DNA from: Salpingoeca rosetta
Lineage: Eukaryota > Protista > Choanoflagellata
Assembly: GCA_033442325.1 (NCBI GenBank)
Contig: JAWQFM010000014.1
Span: 238,064 to 302,063, forward strand
Direction of reading: 5' to 3'
Length of the DNA stretch: 64,000 nucleotides
A program made the translations under genes and the position numbers. The notes under the pieces were generated by a model that saw nothing but the letters and a program-made list of their open reading frames with translations, did not search any database and had not been told where the DNA came from. Positions 1 to 62,314 of this stretch are shown here, one piece after another. How positions within the stretch are numbered: position 1 is the first letter of the stretch; each line of letters starts with the position of its first letter.

Positions 1-46
1 AACAACAACAACAACTTAAACAACAACAACAACAACAACAACAACT

Positions 47-103
<57 letters not shown>

Positions 104-123
104 GGAACAACAGCAGCAACAGC

Positions 124-167
<44 letters not shown>

Positions 168-174
168 CGACAGG

Positions 175-262
<88 letters not shown>

Positions 263-313
263 CCACCACCAACAACAACAACAACAACAACAACAACAAC
301 CACCACCACCACC
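1..313. repeat. (AAC)n/(GTT)n trinucleotide microsatellite, intronic in the F-BAR/SH3 gene
   Basis: Near-perfect AAC run with a few AGC/ACC variants. It lies just downstream of the minus-strand GT donor at 320-319. Confidence 0.95.
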
Positions 314-320
314 ATTGCAC

Positions 321-3580
<3,260 letters not shown>

Positions 3581-3768
3581 GACAGCTTCGTTGAGGTTGC
3601 TGCTTTGTTGTTGTCGTTTGCCTGCTTCTTGCCAGATGGAACGACGACCCCAATTGGCTACAACTTATCCTGTCGCGATGTACGTGTGTTTGAATTTGGC
3701 GGGGAAACATCGAAAAATTATCAATGATACCCATAAATCAACGTGCTTCTTATGTTCTGCACAACAAC
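3581..3768. promoter_or_regulatory. Probable bidirectional promoter between the head-to-head F-BAR and PQBP1-like genes
   Basis: Only 188 bp separate the divergent ATGs (3580 minus, 3769 plus). The region is locally AT-richer and contains CCAATTGG (3650-3657), TTTGAA (3689-3694) and TTTGGCGGGGAAA (3695-3707). Confidence 0.55.
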
Positions 3769-4462
3769 ATGTCCTCGGCATCGTTACCGCCAGCGCTGGC
3801 CGCCCGCCTTGCCAAGCGAGGCATCATCCAGGTGTGTCTCGTGTCTGTGCATGTGCCTGTGTCCCTGTGTGTGTCTGTGTCTGTGTCTGTGTTAAGTGTG
3901 TGTGTCTCTATGTCTGTGTCTGTGTGTGTGTGTGTGTGTGTACCTTTTCACGGGCGTTGCACTGCCTCGTTCGCAACTGAGCCAGTCATGACCCTAACCT
4001 TCCATTTCCCACCGTTCCCGAGCTCACCCAATTGCTGTGATGCGCGGACTGTACTCTTCTTCATAGAGTGCGAAAGCGAAGAAGAAAGCAGAGAAACATC
4101 GCCAGAAGTTTGGTTCGTCACGTGGCTTCCTTGTTGCCTCTCTGCTTGCCTTTGTGACATCTGTTCTTCCGCTCGCTTCAACGACTCACCTCGATGTGTG
4201 CTTGGTTCTTTGCACGGATGTACCGGCGCTGGGTCGGCCACGTGGACACCAATCGCTTCGCAGTCCCATACGTAAGCCAAACGGAGCAACAGGAACCCCG
4301 ACGTGGCCTTTTGCTTCATACACACCAATGACCAATATTTTGTTGAAGAGCACATCTCACACGTACATGCTGATTCGTCTTGTTTTCCTCGCTTGCAGGA
4401 GGATGACCTACCGGACGGATGGCACCCTGTAGTCGAAGTGCGAACGTATGCAAAGACGTTTT

Positions 4463-4493
<31 letters not shown>

Positions 4494-5400
4494 GTGGTGG
4501 TGGTGGTGGTGGTGGTGTTGTGTTCTTGCGACAACATGACGCGACGGCACACACACACACACACACACACACTCACTCTCTCTCTCTCACAATTACATAA
4601 ACATATGCACACTCACATACTTAACAAACATGCACACTCACATGCGCACTCACACACATACAAACGTCCCCCCACCCCACATGACCTGCAGTGGGGACAT
4701 CTACTTCTGGCACATGGACACAAATGAGACGCAGTGGGAGCTCCCGACGGAGGAATCAGAGCGCAGGCGGAGAGAAGCGTGGGAACAGCAGCAGTACCAG
4801 CCCATGTACGGTCAACAACAGTACATGCAACAGCAACAGCAACAACAGGCAAGTGAGCCGCAGTCAGCGGCTCTCGCGTTTGCGCAGGCGCGGGGAGGAG
4901 CCACATCAACGAGCACAGCGCAGGCGTCGTCCGAAGCGCCACTGCCGACACCGCGGCCCGCCTTTGGTATGGGCCTGATGCCCGCAGCGCCGCCCGTCAT
5001 GCGCCCACCGACACAGCAGCAATACCCACCACAACCCCCACCACAACAACAGCAACAGCAACAGCAACAACAACAACAAGGGTCATTGCTTGGCGCGGCG
5101 CCGATGACGGCTGCCGGCCCGCCGCCACCGGGTGGGTGGCAGGGCGGCTATGGTTCCAGCTACGGTCCCGGTTATGGTGCTGGCTATGGTGCGCCGATGC
5201 AGATGCCGATGATGCCACCGCCACCGTACCAGCAGCAGCAGCAACAACAGCTACAGCCACCACCGCGACAGGAGCGTGTGCGAATGCAGTATGCGATGCC
5301 GGGTGCACGGCCCTCGGCGAAGAGGCAACAGGATGACAGCGACAGCGTAACTGGTGGCGGCGGTGCAGGACATCAAACGAAGAAGCCTGCGTATTCATGA
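3769..5400 (+). CDS. PQBP1-like WW-domain protein with a Q/P/G-rich C-terminus
   Basis: Exon 1 (3769-3831) MSSASLPPALAARLAKRGIIQ resembles the PQBP1 N-terminus MPLPVALQTRLAKRGIL. A WW domain, LPDGWHPVVEVRT|GDIYFWHMDTNETQWELP, is assembled from exons 4399-4445 and 4692 onward. A small exon near 4067-4108 and the exact 3' end are uncertain. Confidence 0.6.
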
Positions 5401-6035
5401 CACGAACATCTGTCTGTCTGTATGTGTGTGTGTGTGTCTTGTGTCTGTGTGTCCTTGTGGGTGTGTCTGTGCCTCTGTATGTGTATGTGCCTCTGTAAGT
5501 GTGTGTGTGTGTGTGTCAGTGCGTGTGTCTCATCCTTGCAGCACCAATGCCACCTCGCTTCTTGCTTGCTGTTGCTTGTCTGTGAATGAATAAACGAATG
5601 AACGAGTGAACTTGCCCGTGAATGAACTGACAACAGCGCTGCGCTTGGGCCACACAAGGCAAGAACACAAAACACGAAGCGACAATGAGACACCACACCA
5701 CATCACATCACAACACACGACAAGACACGCACACCAACACACCGCAACACCACAAGCCAGCGTGCGTGCAGGTGTGGCCATTTCCGTTGCAGCGCCACGT
5801 CCGCAGCAACCGAAAGTTCAATGAAGATATAGGCCAATTTTCTACAACCACTGCTCGTTTGTTCGTTGGTTGGTTGGCTCTCATGTCACTCACATTATCG
5901 TCGCACTCTCGAACAAGCCCACCAAGCGACTCACACGCACGACCACACGACCGCACGACCACACGACCACGTACCTGTTTAGTCGCACAACCGCACAGAG
6001 AGACACAGGCGCATTCTTTTGCTCCACGCCTACTT

Positions 6036-7715
6036 ATGGCCAAGGGCAAGAAAGGCGCTGCTGGCGTGGGGAAGAAGAGCAACGGTTCCGGTGCAGTTGA
6101 TCCGCTGGCGAAGAAGAAGGAGCGTGCGCGCAAGCAAAGGCAAAAGGAGCTGTTGAAGAAAGTGGGCATGGGTGTGGCGGCGCTGGCGGCACTGGTCGCC
6201 CTGTTTCTGGTCGGAGACGCGCTCGGCGGTGAGCGCCAGATCCCGCTGGAAGGGCTGACCCAAATCTCCATGCCGACGCAGGAGAAATACCAGGCGGTGC
6301 TGCGCGACGAGGGCCTGCGCCAGTCCCTCCTCACCAAGAAGAAGTCCAAGCAAGACATCAAGGAGTACAACGAGGGGTACAAGAACAACCAGTTCAACCA
6401 GTGGATCAGCGACCGCCTGTCACTCCACCGCCGCGCGTACGACACCAGGCCCGTGGAGTGCCTGCACAAGAAGTACTACCCGCTCTCCGAGCTGCCCACC
6501 GTCTCCGTCATCTTGATCTTCTACAACGAGGCGCGGTCCACGCTGCTGCGCACGGTCTGGAGCGTCCTCGACCGCTCGCCCAGGTCCCTCATCAAGGAGA
6601 TCCTGCTCGTGGACGACCACAGCTCCATGCCCCACCTCGGCTACCCGCTGGACCAGGAGGTTGCCGGCATCCCCAAGACGCGCGTCATCCGCCTGCCGGA
6701 GCGCTCCGGGCTCATCCGTGCCAAGGTGTACGGCGCCCAGCAGGCGCGTGGCGACGTGCTCGTGTACCTCGACAGCCACTGCGAGGTGAACGACGGGTGG
6801 CTGGAGCCGCTGCTCGACCGCATCCGCCGCAACCGCAAGACGGTGGCCATGCCCATCATCGATGCCATCGACTACGAGACGTGGGAGCACCGCACGGGCC
6901 TGCTGGAGCGCGGCATCTTCGACTGGTCGCTCGTCTTCAAGTGGAAGCAGCTCACCGCAGACGACAAGCGCGGGCGCCCCGATGACACGGACCCGTTTGC
7001 CAGCCCGGCCATGGCGGGTGGCCTGTTTGCCATGGACCGCAAGTACTTCTTCGAGGTTGGCGCGTACGACATGGGCATGGAAACGTGGGGCGGCGAGAAC
7101 ATTGAGATGTCCATGCGCGTGTGGGCGTGTGGCGGGCGCATCGAGGCCCTGCCGTGCTCCCACGTTGCACACGTCTTCCGTAAGAAGACCCCATACGAGT
7201 TCAAGACCAAGGACCCACAGGTACGGCGATGGCAAGCGCGCATGCATGTGTGTGTGTGCATGTGCATGTGTGTGTGTGTGGGGGGGGGAGGGATCGCGCA
7301 ACGCATTCACTGCTGAAGTTTGAAGCGTGGGCAAGTCGTTTCCTGTCATCAGTGTGTGTGTCTGTGTGTCTGTGTGTCTGTGTGTCTGTGTGTGTCTGTG
7401 TGTGTGCATTGCTGTAGCTCACACCATCACACAACAAGCATGCATCACTTTGCCTTACCCCACGTCACCTCATTTCACCACACTACACCCACTTGATGCG
7501 CCCATCAGGAAACGATTGCGCGGAACCTGAACCGGGTTGCAGAGGTGTGGATGGACGAGTACAAGGACGTGTACTACGCCGTTACCCACAACCGCAAGTA
7601 CGGCTATGGCGATGTGTCGCAGCGCAAGCAGTTGCGGCAGCAGCTCGGCTGTAAGTCGTTCAAGTGGTACCTCGACAACGTCTTCTACGACCTCGAGCTC
7701 CCATACGATATCCAG

Positions 7716-7788
<73 letters not shown>

Positions 7789-8011
7789 GGGAGGCAGGCT
7801 GTTACCCTTTCCCCTGTGTTTATGTTGCTTGCGTAATTTGTGCTTTGCTGTCGGCTGCTTGCCCCTCCTGCCCCAAGCGCACACGGTTCCAACTCACGGT
7901 TCCCGCTCGCATGCCCTCGCCTGCGTTGCCGCTGCCGTACAGCTGAAGAACGGGACAAGCTTCCCCACGCTGTCGTGTCCACGCGACACGCGGCCGTGGT
8001 GGCAGCGCTGA
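6036..8011 (+). CDS. GALNT: Polypeptide N-acetylgalactosaminyltransferase (GT27), type II membrane protein
   Basis: Exons 6036-7220, 7509-7715 and probably 7943-8011. Basic N-tail and TM segment ([17 protein letters not shown]). Motifs: [43 protein letters not shown] (DxH), [57 protein letters not shown]. Confidence 0.93.
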
Positions 8012-8423
8012 GAAACGAACGACGGCCCGCAGCACCACAACTACACATGCCCACGCATACGCACACACACACACACACATGCGTGCATGCCTTCACACAC
8101 TCACACACACACACACACACACACACACATCAATGAATGATCGCCATCACTGCTGCCAGCGCGCGTCTTTTGTGTCCGTCGTTCGTTCACTCGTGCGTGA
8201 CTATTTGGACCCGCGCGCACAGTCGCACGCCAACACACACACACACACATATGCGCACGCCTGTCCAGTCTGGTTATTCTCGTCTCAGCAGCACCATCCA
8301 ATACATCAAGCAAACAAGCGAACAACCAGTCATGCCTGTTTGAGACAGAGGGAGAGTGTGTGCGATTGTGTGTCTGTGTGTGTGTGGGGGGGGCGTGTGT
8401 GTGTGCGTGTGTGTGCGTGCGTG

Positions 8424-8553
8424 TTACTCCTGCAGCATGGCCTGGAGTCGCGCCTCCTGTCACAGTGATGAGACAAGAAGAGAAGGGGGTGGAGTGAAAG
8501 ATCGAAACAAAAGGGGATGAAAGCAAAGCCGGCATGGGCACGCCTAAGTACCC

Positions 8554-8644
<91 letters not shown>

Positions 8645-9758
8645 AGCATATGGACGTACCCGCCTGTCGAGCTCAACCTGTGCCTGCAACCGCGTGAGCT
8701 GCACGAGAGAGAGCTCCTTCGTACGGCCGCGCTGCCCCTCACTTACAGGGCGGTGGCGGATATCACGCTCCCGAACAACTACACCCGCAGCGCGCGTGCT
8801 GGAGGTCCCATCCACACCATTGTCAGCCTGTGTCTGTCCACCATCAACCGCCACGGTCCTTGCCTTTTCCCCCTGTTGTTGCGTACCGCTGTTGTCACCA
8901 TGGCTGCCACCACCAACACCAACACCATCACTGCCATCACTGCCATCACGGCCGTCATCGCCACCTTGCATCCGCAGCCCACACATGCGCGAGACGAGCA
9001 GCTCCTCCAATGCATCGTCGCTCATCTGCAGCACCTGCTCTGTATCCAGCAGCACGTCCGTGTCGCCGCCCGCGTGAGATCTCCTGTGCTCACTCGCTTC
9101 ACCCTCCTTGCCAGCTGGTGGTGCCTCGGTTCTGTTTGCCGGTTGCTGTGCGCGCCGTGCAACGCTGGCTTCTTCATCACCAACGCCACCGCTGTTGATG
9201 TTGGTGTTGTTGTTGGTGTTGTTGTTGGTGTTGTTGTTGTTGTTGTTGTTGTTGTTGCTGTCGTCGTCGTCGTCATAGTCATCAGAGTCCACATCCTCTT
9301 CATCCATGACATGATCCTCCTCCTCATTGTTGTTGGTGTTGCGCTGCCGCTGCCGCCAGGCTGGACCGCTCCTGTTGCTGCTTGCTGTGTTGTTAGTGGT
9401 AGTGCGGCGTGGTGCCGTGGACTCCTTGATGGTCACAGCCGCCGATGCCAGGGACGCAAACGACTCGAGCTGACCTGTGGTGTGTGACGCTGGTGGCACA
9501 TTGCCACCCTGACTCTGTTGGTTGGCCTGCTTGTCCAACTTGGCCAGCTCGGCTCTGTACTTTGCCAGCTTGCGATGCAGCTTCTCTCCCTTGTCAGGCA
9601 GCTGCTCAACAGATGGGCTGCATGTGTGTGTGTACATGTGTGCACGTGTGCATGCATGTGTGCATGTATGTGTGCATGCATGTGTGCATGTATGTGTGCA
9701 TGTGTGGAAGAACCGGATGAGGGAATGAGTTGTGTCCTCACACACACACACACACACA

Positions 9759-9804
<46 letters not shown>

Positions 9805-10066
9805 AGCGCACGACTCACTCTCGAAGCATCTCTGTGAAGAGGGCAATCTTGTCCTTGAGTTGGTGGCGCGTGTGCGGCGTGCATGTGCGACCACACGTGA
9901 CACGCGGCTGCTGTTGTTGTTGTGTGAAAGGGGATGCCAGAAAGGGGGAGGCGACCTTCATGCGCGTGGACCCGCGAGCAGGGCGCTGGTAGTGCTGCAG
10001 GAACGAAAGGTCCCGTGCCTCCCTCTCCGCCCGCGCACCACCGCGCAACAGCCAATCAAACTGCAT
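8424..10066 (-). CDS. LPDKG-motif protein, Gdown1/GRINL1A (POLR2M)-like
   Basis: In-frame GT-AG exons 10066-9819, 9617-8660, 8456-8424. Spliced LKDKIALFTEMLRDPSVEQLPDKGEKLHRKLAKYRAELAKL, a long acidic/low-complexity middle, and a C-terminal helix ELSLVQLTRLQAQVELDRREARLQAMLQE*. Confidence 0.6.
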
Positions 10067-10526
10067 CTTGGCTGACTTGTTGCTTCTTTGCTTCTTCTTG
10101 GTTTTTGTGTGTGCACGGAAATGCAACGACCGAGCACGCACACTGCTTGCTTGCTTGCTTCTTGCTTGTTGTTTTGTTTTGTGGACACATCATGTCACAT
10201 CATCACACCACCACATGCGTGGCATCATACCCTTCCCCTTACTCCCCCCCCTCACCTCCGAATCAAACCGCATAAAGCAGCCAACAAGCAGTCAACGGTG
10301 TAATGTAATGTCTCATAACACAGCACAGCACTCCTCTTCCTTCCTTCCATCTCCCTACCATGGCACACCTCCTTCCACGAACACGTAGCAAGCATGCATG
10401 GACAGCACGCGGGTCAGCCAGCACTTTTCGTCGCAGATAACACAAGAACAGCAAAGACGCAAGGGAAAAGCACACCAAGCAGTACCTCCCCACACACACA
10501 CTCTCTCTCTCACTCATCATCTCCTT

Positions 10527-26165
<15,639 letters not shown>

Positions 26166-27056
26166 GGCAAGCGATGGAGGGAACTGCTCTGTACTATGCT
26201 GCTCTGTTGAGAGTGAGCAGGTGGAGGCCGAAAAAAGGTGTCGGGTGAGCGCGGGCAAGGGAAGGAAAGGAATGAATACTCTCGGACGTTATGACGTTAC
26301 AGACTGCTGGTCAACGTCACAACAAAGACAGAGTTATTGCGTTTGCTTGCAGGCAACGCGTTGCACAGGATCGTGCTGAAATATACTTTTGCGCACTTTG
26401 GCGACCAGATGACAAATAGAAGACTCACTCAAGGACGCAGGCAGATGAAGCAAAGAAGGCGTGAGGAGGTGGTGAGAACGTACCCTGTGCTGGTGGCGCT
26501 TATCGATGAGGCCGACGATGGTGGTTGAGGAAGAAGGTCTGTCGTCGCTTGCTTGGAGGATGGCGTGGGTGTGGTGTGGTGGGTGGTGGAGAATAAAAAA
26601 ATTCATCAGCCAGGTACTGAAGTCAGTCGACCAACCAGTCACCTTCCAACAACAACAATGATGACTGAATTCAGTGGTGCAGTGGTGTTGCGACCAACAA
26701 CCACACACAGATATCAGCGCAGATATCAGACACGCTGCACAACAAGACTGTGCTCTCGCTATCTTCCCCTCCCCATCGTCTTGTCTCTCTCTGTCTCTGT
26801 CTTTGTGCTGTTTCCCTTCTTCTTTGCGTGAGGCTGCATGCTGACAGCAGCACAGCGGTGCCATCCGCTCGGTTGCGCCTCTTCTTTGTTGCTCCTGGTG
26901 CGCACAGTCAGGCAGCCACCACTGACAGTCACAGCTGGACGCAATTTGTGGCCATCCCCTGCTCTTCTGCACGGCCACAGGCACGCCAGCAGTGCACCAG
27001 CATCCACAGCCCCAGAAACCACGATTGCACAAGGCCTTGCGCACACACCTGTCAAG

Positions 27057-28279
27057 ATGCTGTTTCTAAACAGGGAGCGCGTGGTTCCTGTGCCTGAGAA
27101 GGCAACATGGCTCAGCTCCGTCGTTCCAGGTGAGTCTGTGTGCGTGCGTGTGTGTGTGTGTGTGAGTGTGTGTGTGAGTGCAAGGGTGTGTGTGTGCGAG
27201 TGCAAGTGTGTGTGCGTGTGTGTGTGTGTGAGTGCAAGTGTGTGTGTGTGTGTGAAGTGGAGTTGCTCTGCTGCGTGCGTGTGGGGGGGGGGGAGAGCCT
27301 TTGTCATTTGCACCGGTTTTTGACATATCGTGGCACACGTCCTCACACCGTGTTCTGCTTGATATTCGTGGTTCTCAGGACCATACACGACAATGCGCAC
27401 CATTGACGGCACATGCATTGTTGAGTTTGACCGACACATCAAGCGACTCGGTCAGTGGGCGTGCTTGAGCATGCGTTTGTGTTTGTGTTTGTGTGTGTGT
27501 GTGTGTGTTTGTTTGTTTGTGTGTGTGTGTGTGTGTGTGCGTGCGTGTGTGTTTGTTTGTTTGTTTGTTTGTGTGTGTGCGTATGTGTGTTTGTTTGTTT
27601 GTGTATGTGTGCGTGTGTGTGTTTGTTTGTTTGTGTGTGTGCATTTCATGTATGTACACGTACATGTGCCACGTCAATGTGCACGTTTGCTGGTGAAACG
27701 CTGCCCAAGGTGCACCGAGTCCTCTGTCGCCCTCCTTCTCTGTCCTCTGTCCTCCCCCTCCCCACTCTCCTCACCCTCCCCTCACCCTCTCACCCTCTCA
27801 CCTTCTCCCCTCACCCACCCGCCAACGCTCACCAACACTTCCACGACTTGCCACTTGCCACGCGTGCAGTGAAGGCGGGCCAGACGGTTGTGTCGCGGAT
27901 CCAGGGCGGCAAAGACGAGTTCAAGCGCGAGCTCCCAAACGAACGCGCCCTGGAGGTGCTGGCAAACACGGGGCAGCTGAGAGACATGGTGCTGGAACAC
28001 ATCCGCGCGAGCATCACGTGCTTCCACGAGACGGTCGTGCTGCAAGGCATGCGGGGGGAGGTGGAGGAAGCGCTGGAGAAGCGCATCACCGTGCTGCTCA
28101 ACTGGGGGATGTCGTCAGACCACGAATTCGTCACGTGCGTGAACACGGCGGCCGATGGCAGCTGCATCAACACGTGGGTGTATGTGGAGGAGCTGCCTCC
28201 TGTGCCCAAGGCACCCGTGCACGTCATTATTCGTCGTCGACCGCCAGAGGCGCGCATGTACGAGGGCAAGGACAGCAAG
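27057..28279 (+). CDS. Class IV (fold-type IV) PLP-dependent aminotransferase-like protein (BCAT/D-AAT/PabC superfamily); 3' part lost in the gap
   Basis: In-frame exons 27057-27129, 27379-27450, 27870-28279 give ...[30 protein letters not shown]... (cf. the GxFETxR...xRHLxRL motif) and ...[15 protein letters not shown] (candidate PLP lysine region). Confidence 0.6.
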
Positions 28280-28454
28280 GTGCGCTGTGTGTGTGTATCT
28301 GTCTGTCTGTCTGCCTGTGCTGTGCTGTGTATGGGATTGTGCTGTATGGGTTGTGTGTGTATGTATGCTGAGGGTGTGTATGTGTGTATGTGTGTGTTTT
28401 GAGGGTGTGTTGAGCTTCTCGATGATTTTCATCCCTTTTCTGCCCATACTCATT

Positions 28455-28536
<82 letters not shown>

Positions 28537-28860
28537 NNNNNNNNNNNNNNNNNNNNNNNNNNNNNNNNNNNNNNNNNNNNNNNNNNNNNNNNNNNNNNNN
28601 NNNNNNNNNNNNNNNNNNNNNNNNNNNNNNNNNNNNNNNNNNNNNNNNNNNNNNNNNNNNNNNNNNNNNNNNNNNNNNNNNNNNNNNNNNNNNNNNNNNN
28701 NNNNNNNNNNNNNNNNNNNNNNNNNNNNNNNNNNNNNNNNNNNNNNNNNNNNNNNNNNNNNNNNNNNNNNNNNNNNNNNNNNNNNNNNNNNNNNNNNNNN
28801 NNNNNNNNNNNNNNNNNNNNNNNNNNNNNNNNNNNNNNNNNNNNNNNNNNNNNNNNNNNN
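28537..28860. other. Assembly gap (324 N) between two convergent, incomplete genes
   Basis: N run following a (CA)n tract. Confidence 0.99.
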
Positions 28861-29303
<443 letters not shown>

Positions 29304-29653
29304 GGGCGTGGAGCCGTCACACGACCAACAAGCTGTGCAATGACACGGCTTGCTCGCCCACACGCTCGCATGCACACCTGCACACCTGCACACGCATACA
29401 CATGCGCACGTTGCTCCTCGTCTAATTAACCTCTGTTTTCCCGCCTCCCCTTTCCCCTTGACGTGGCTTCGTTTTGAACAACACGCTGTACAGTTCATTC
29501 AACCACTGTTAACAATAACTCTCTCGATTGTCATAAGCAATACACCAACAAAGCAAACGGGACAAAAGCAGCAAAGAAGCATGTCACAAGGAAAGCCCCG
29601 TGATGAGCAAGAGAAGGAAGATGGAGCGTGCACGTGGGCACACACGCGCGTGT

Positions 29654-39877
<10,224 letters not shown>

Positions 39878-40443
39878 GTTGACACAGGAGGTGCGCCACC
39901 CCACAAGAGAAGGCACCAAACACGAAACACACACGAAAAACGTCGTTCTCGTTGCTTTCTTGGCTGTTGGCAGTCCTCAACCGAAAACAATTGGCGTGAT
40001 ATTTTTGGAAACGATTTCATGCGAGATTAACGGCCGTTGCCTGCAAGCACACGTGGTTGCCACGACAGGTGTGGCAGGAGGCGCACAGTCGCCTGTCATG
40101 GGAGTGGGAAGCGAAGAGAGATGGAAAGAGAGGGGAAGAGAAGGGGATGAGAAGGGGATGAGAAGGGGAAGAAGGCAAGGCAGGTGATGGGATGGCAAGA
40201 AGAAGAAGAAGTAACAACGTAGAAAAAGGAAAGAACAGCAGAAGACACACTCATAACACAACAGGAACACTGGCTTGGCTTGGCAAGAAAACGATGCGCT
40301 AGTGAACGAGCTCCTCTAACATATGTGTGCGCGTGCGCTGTAACACGTGAGGCGCTGCACATAACAAACGAGATGGGCGAGAAAACGATAACTAACACAA
40401 GCCTGCAAGCACCGCAAGCACCGCAAAGGAAGCCACAACGCTG

Positions 40444-40520
40444 CCAACCAATCAACCAACCAATCAACCAACTAATCAACCAACTAATCAACCAACGAAT
40501 CAACCAACCAATCAACCAAC
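40444..40520. repeat. ~6 copies of a 12-bp unit (consensus AACCAATCAACC)
   Basis: Tandem array between the RTK stop codon and the SMURF start. Confidence 0.8.
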
Positions 40521-40583
40521 AACAGACAACGTGCAAACATGGTGAGGGAAGGACGGAGAATGAGCCTCGCTGGCGTCAAAGCC

Positions 40584-56317
<15,734 letters not shown>

Positions 56318-57099
56318 GGTGCACGCGCGTTGCTGTGTGAGAGTGCTCCTGCTCTCGCGTAGTAACGGGAGGCGTTTTGGTCGCGGTTGTACGTGGCGTT
56401 GGTGGTTGTAGAGTTGTCGTGGGTGCTTGTAGAGTTGTGCTTGATGGGTGGGGTGCACGTGGGTGGGTGTTCAGTGTGCACTCACAACGTCAGCGCAAGA
56501 GGGGACCCTGCCTCTGAAACAAAGCTGTGCGCTGTTCACGTCACTGGAGCTCGTGCTCTCTCGTTGGTGTGCTGTATCTGCTGCTGTATCTGCGGCCTGT
56601 CTGTAGGTGGAGCGACGTGAAGAAGAAGGGAAGGAATGAATGTGCATGTGGGTGTGCGTGTGTGCGTGTCTTGCTGCTGTTGTGTGTGCGCGTGAGCGTG
56701 AGCGTGCGGTAGGCTGTGGCGGGTCGTCGTCACAGGCCGATTCTCAGGGAAGTGGCGGCAGAGGACTGGCCATGTCCCAGCAGCTTCAAGTGCATCGCGA
56801 ACGCGTGCCGATTTGAGCGAACTGGGACATATTGTAGCATGGCATCGGATGGATAAATCTCACAAGATGTTCATAAAAATTCGCTGATTTGAATAAAATA
56901 TTGTGTGAAAACCACAATGTTTATGAAAATGGGCGGAACTAGAAAACGGTGTAGCGAATACGTAAACGAAACATGGACGAAGAAAACTTGACGTTTTTCG
57001 GTGCATCGCGAACAAAACGGAAGAGAGCGATCTTGGTAACGGGGCATGGAATCGTCGCAAAATTTTGCTGTGTGAGGCGTCTGCCACTGACATGACAAA

Positions 57100-57176
57100 C
57101 TGTCACTGTCACCGTCACTGATGTCTGTCATCACTGTCACTGTCACTGACAACACACAACTGTCACTGTCACCGTC
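57100..57176. repeat. Degenerate CTGTCA hexamer repeat downstream of the pantothenate gene
   Basis: Seen directly. Confidence 0.7.
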
Positions 57177-57330
57177 CACACACGCACACATTCACACACA
57201 CGCGCACACACGCACATCCACACATCCACGCACTCACGCACATCCACACATTCACGCACTCACACATGCACACATCCACACCGCTCTTCCTTGCTCGACA
57301 ACAAACAGACAACCCACTCCTCCTATGTGA

Positions 57331-61970
<4,640 letters not shown>

Positions 61971-62314
61971 TGTATTTGTCAATCTCTTGGAGTGGTTGGC
62001 TCACACTAGCACTCCACAGAAGCGAGACTGTTCACTTCAGACTCGCCAATGAAAAGTGGAGATCTCCTGCTGTTGTATGATGTTGATGTTGATTGATAGT
62101 GTGGGGAAATGATGGAGCAGCACAACGTGTGTTGCTCTTTGCTCTGCGATGTTGATGGTGCAGTCCTCGGAGAAATCGGTGAAAGATATGGCAGATTGTC
62201 CACAATGCCGTTTCTTTTTGCTGACGCGGATGACAACGCGAGTTGGCTGGCTAACTGGCTGGGTGGATGCTGTGTCGCCCTGAAAGTTGAGCTGGCAATG
62301 ACGACGACAGAGGC
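61971..62314. promoter_or_regulatory. Probable bidirectional promoter between the pantothenate gene and PIG-C
   Basis: Divergent ATGs 344 bp apart. Confidence 0.45.

Noticed and set aside
26166-27056. ORFs in the divergent intergenic region (e.g. 26334-27044 minus)
   Set aside because: No recognisable motifs or coding-like composition; more likely promoter/UTR sequence.
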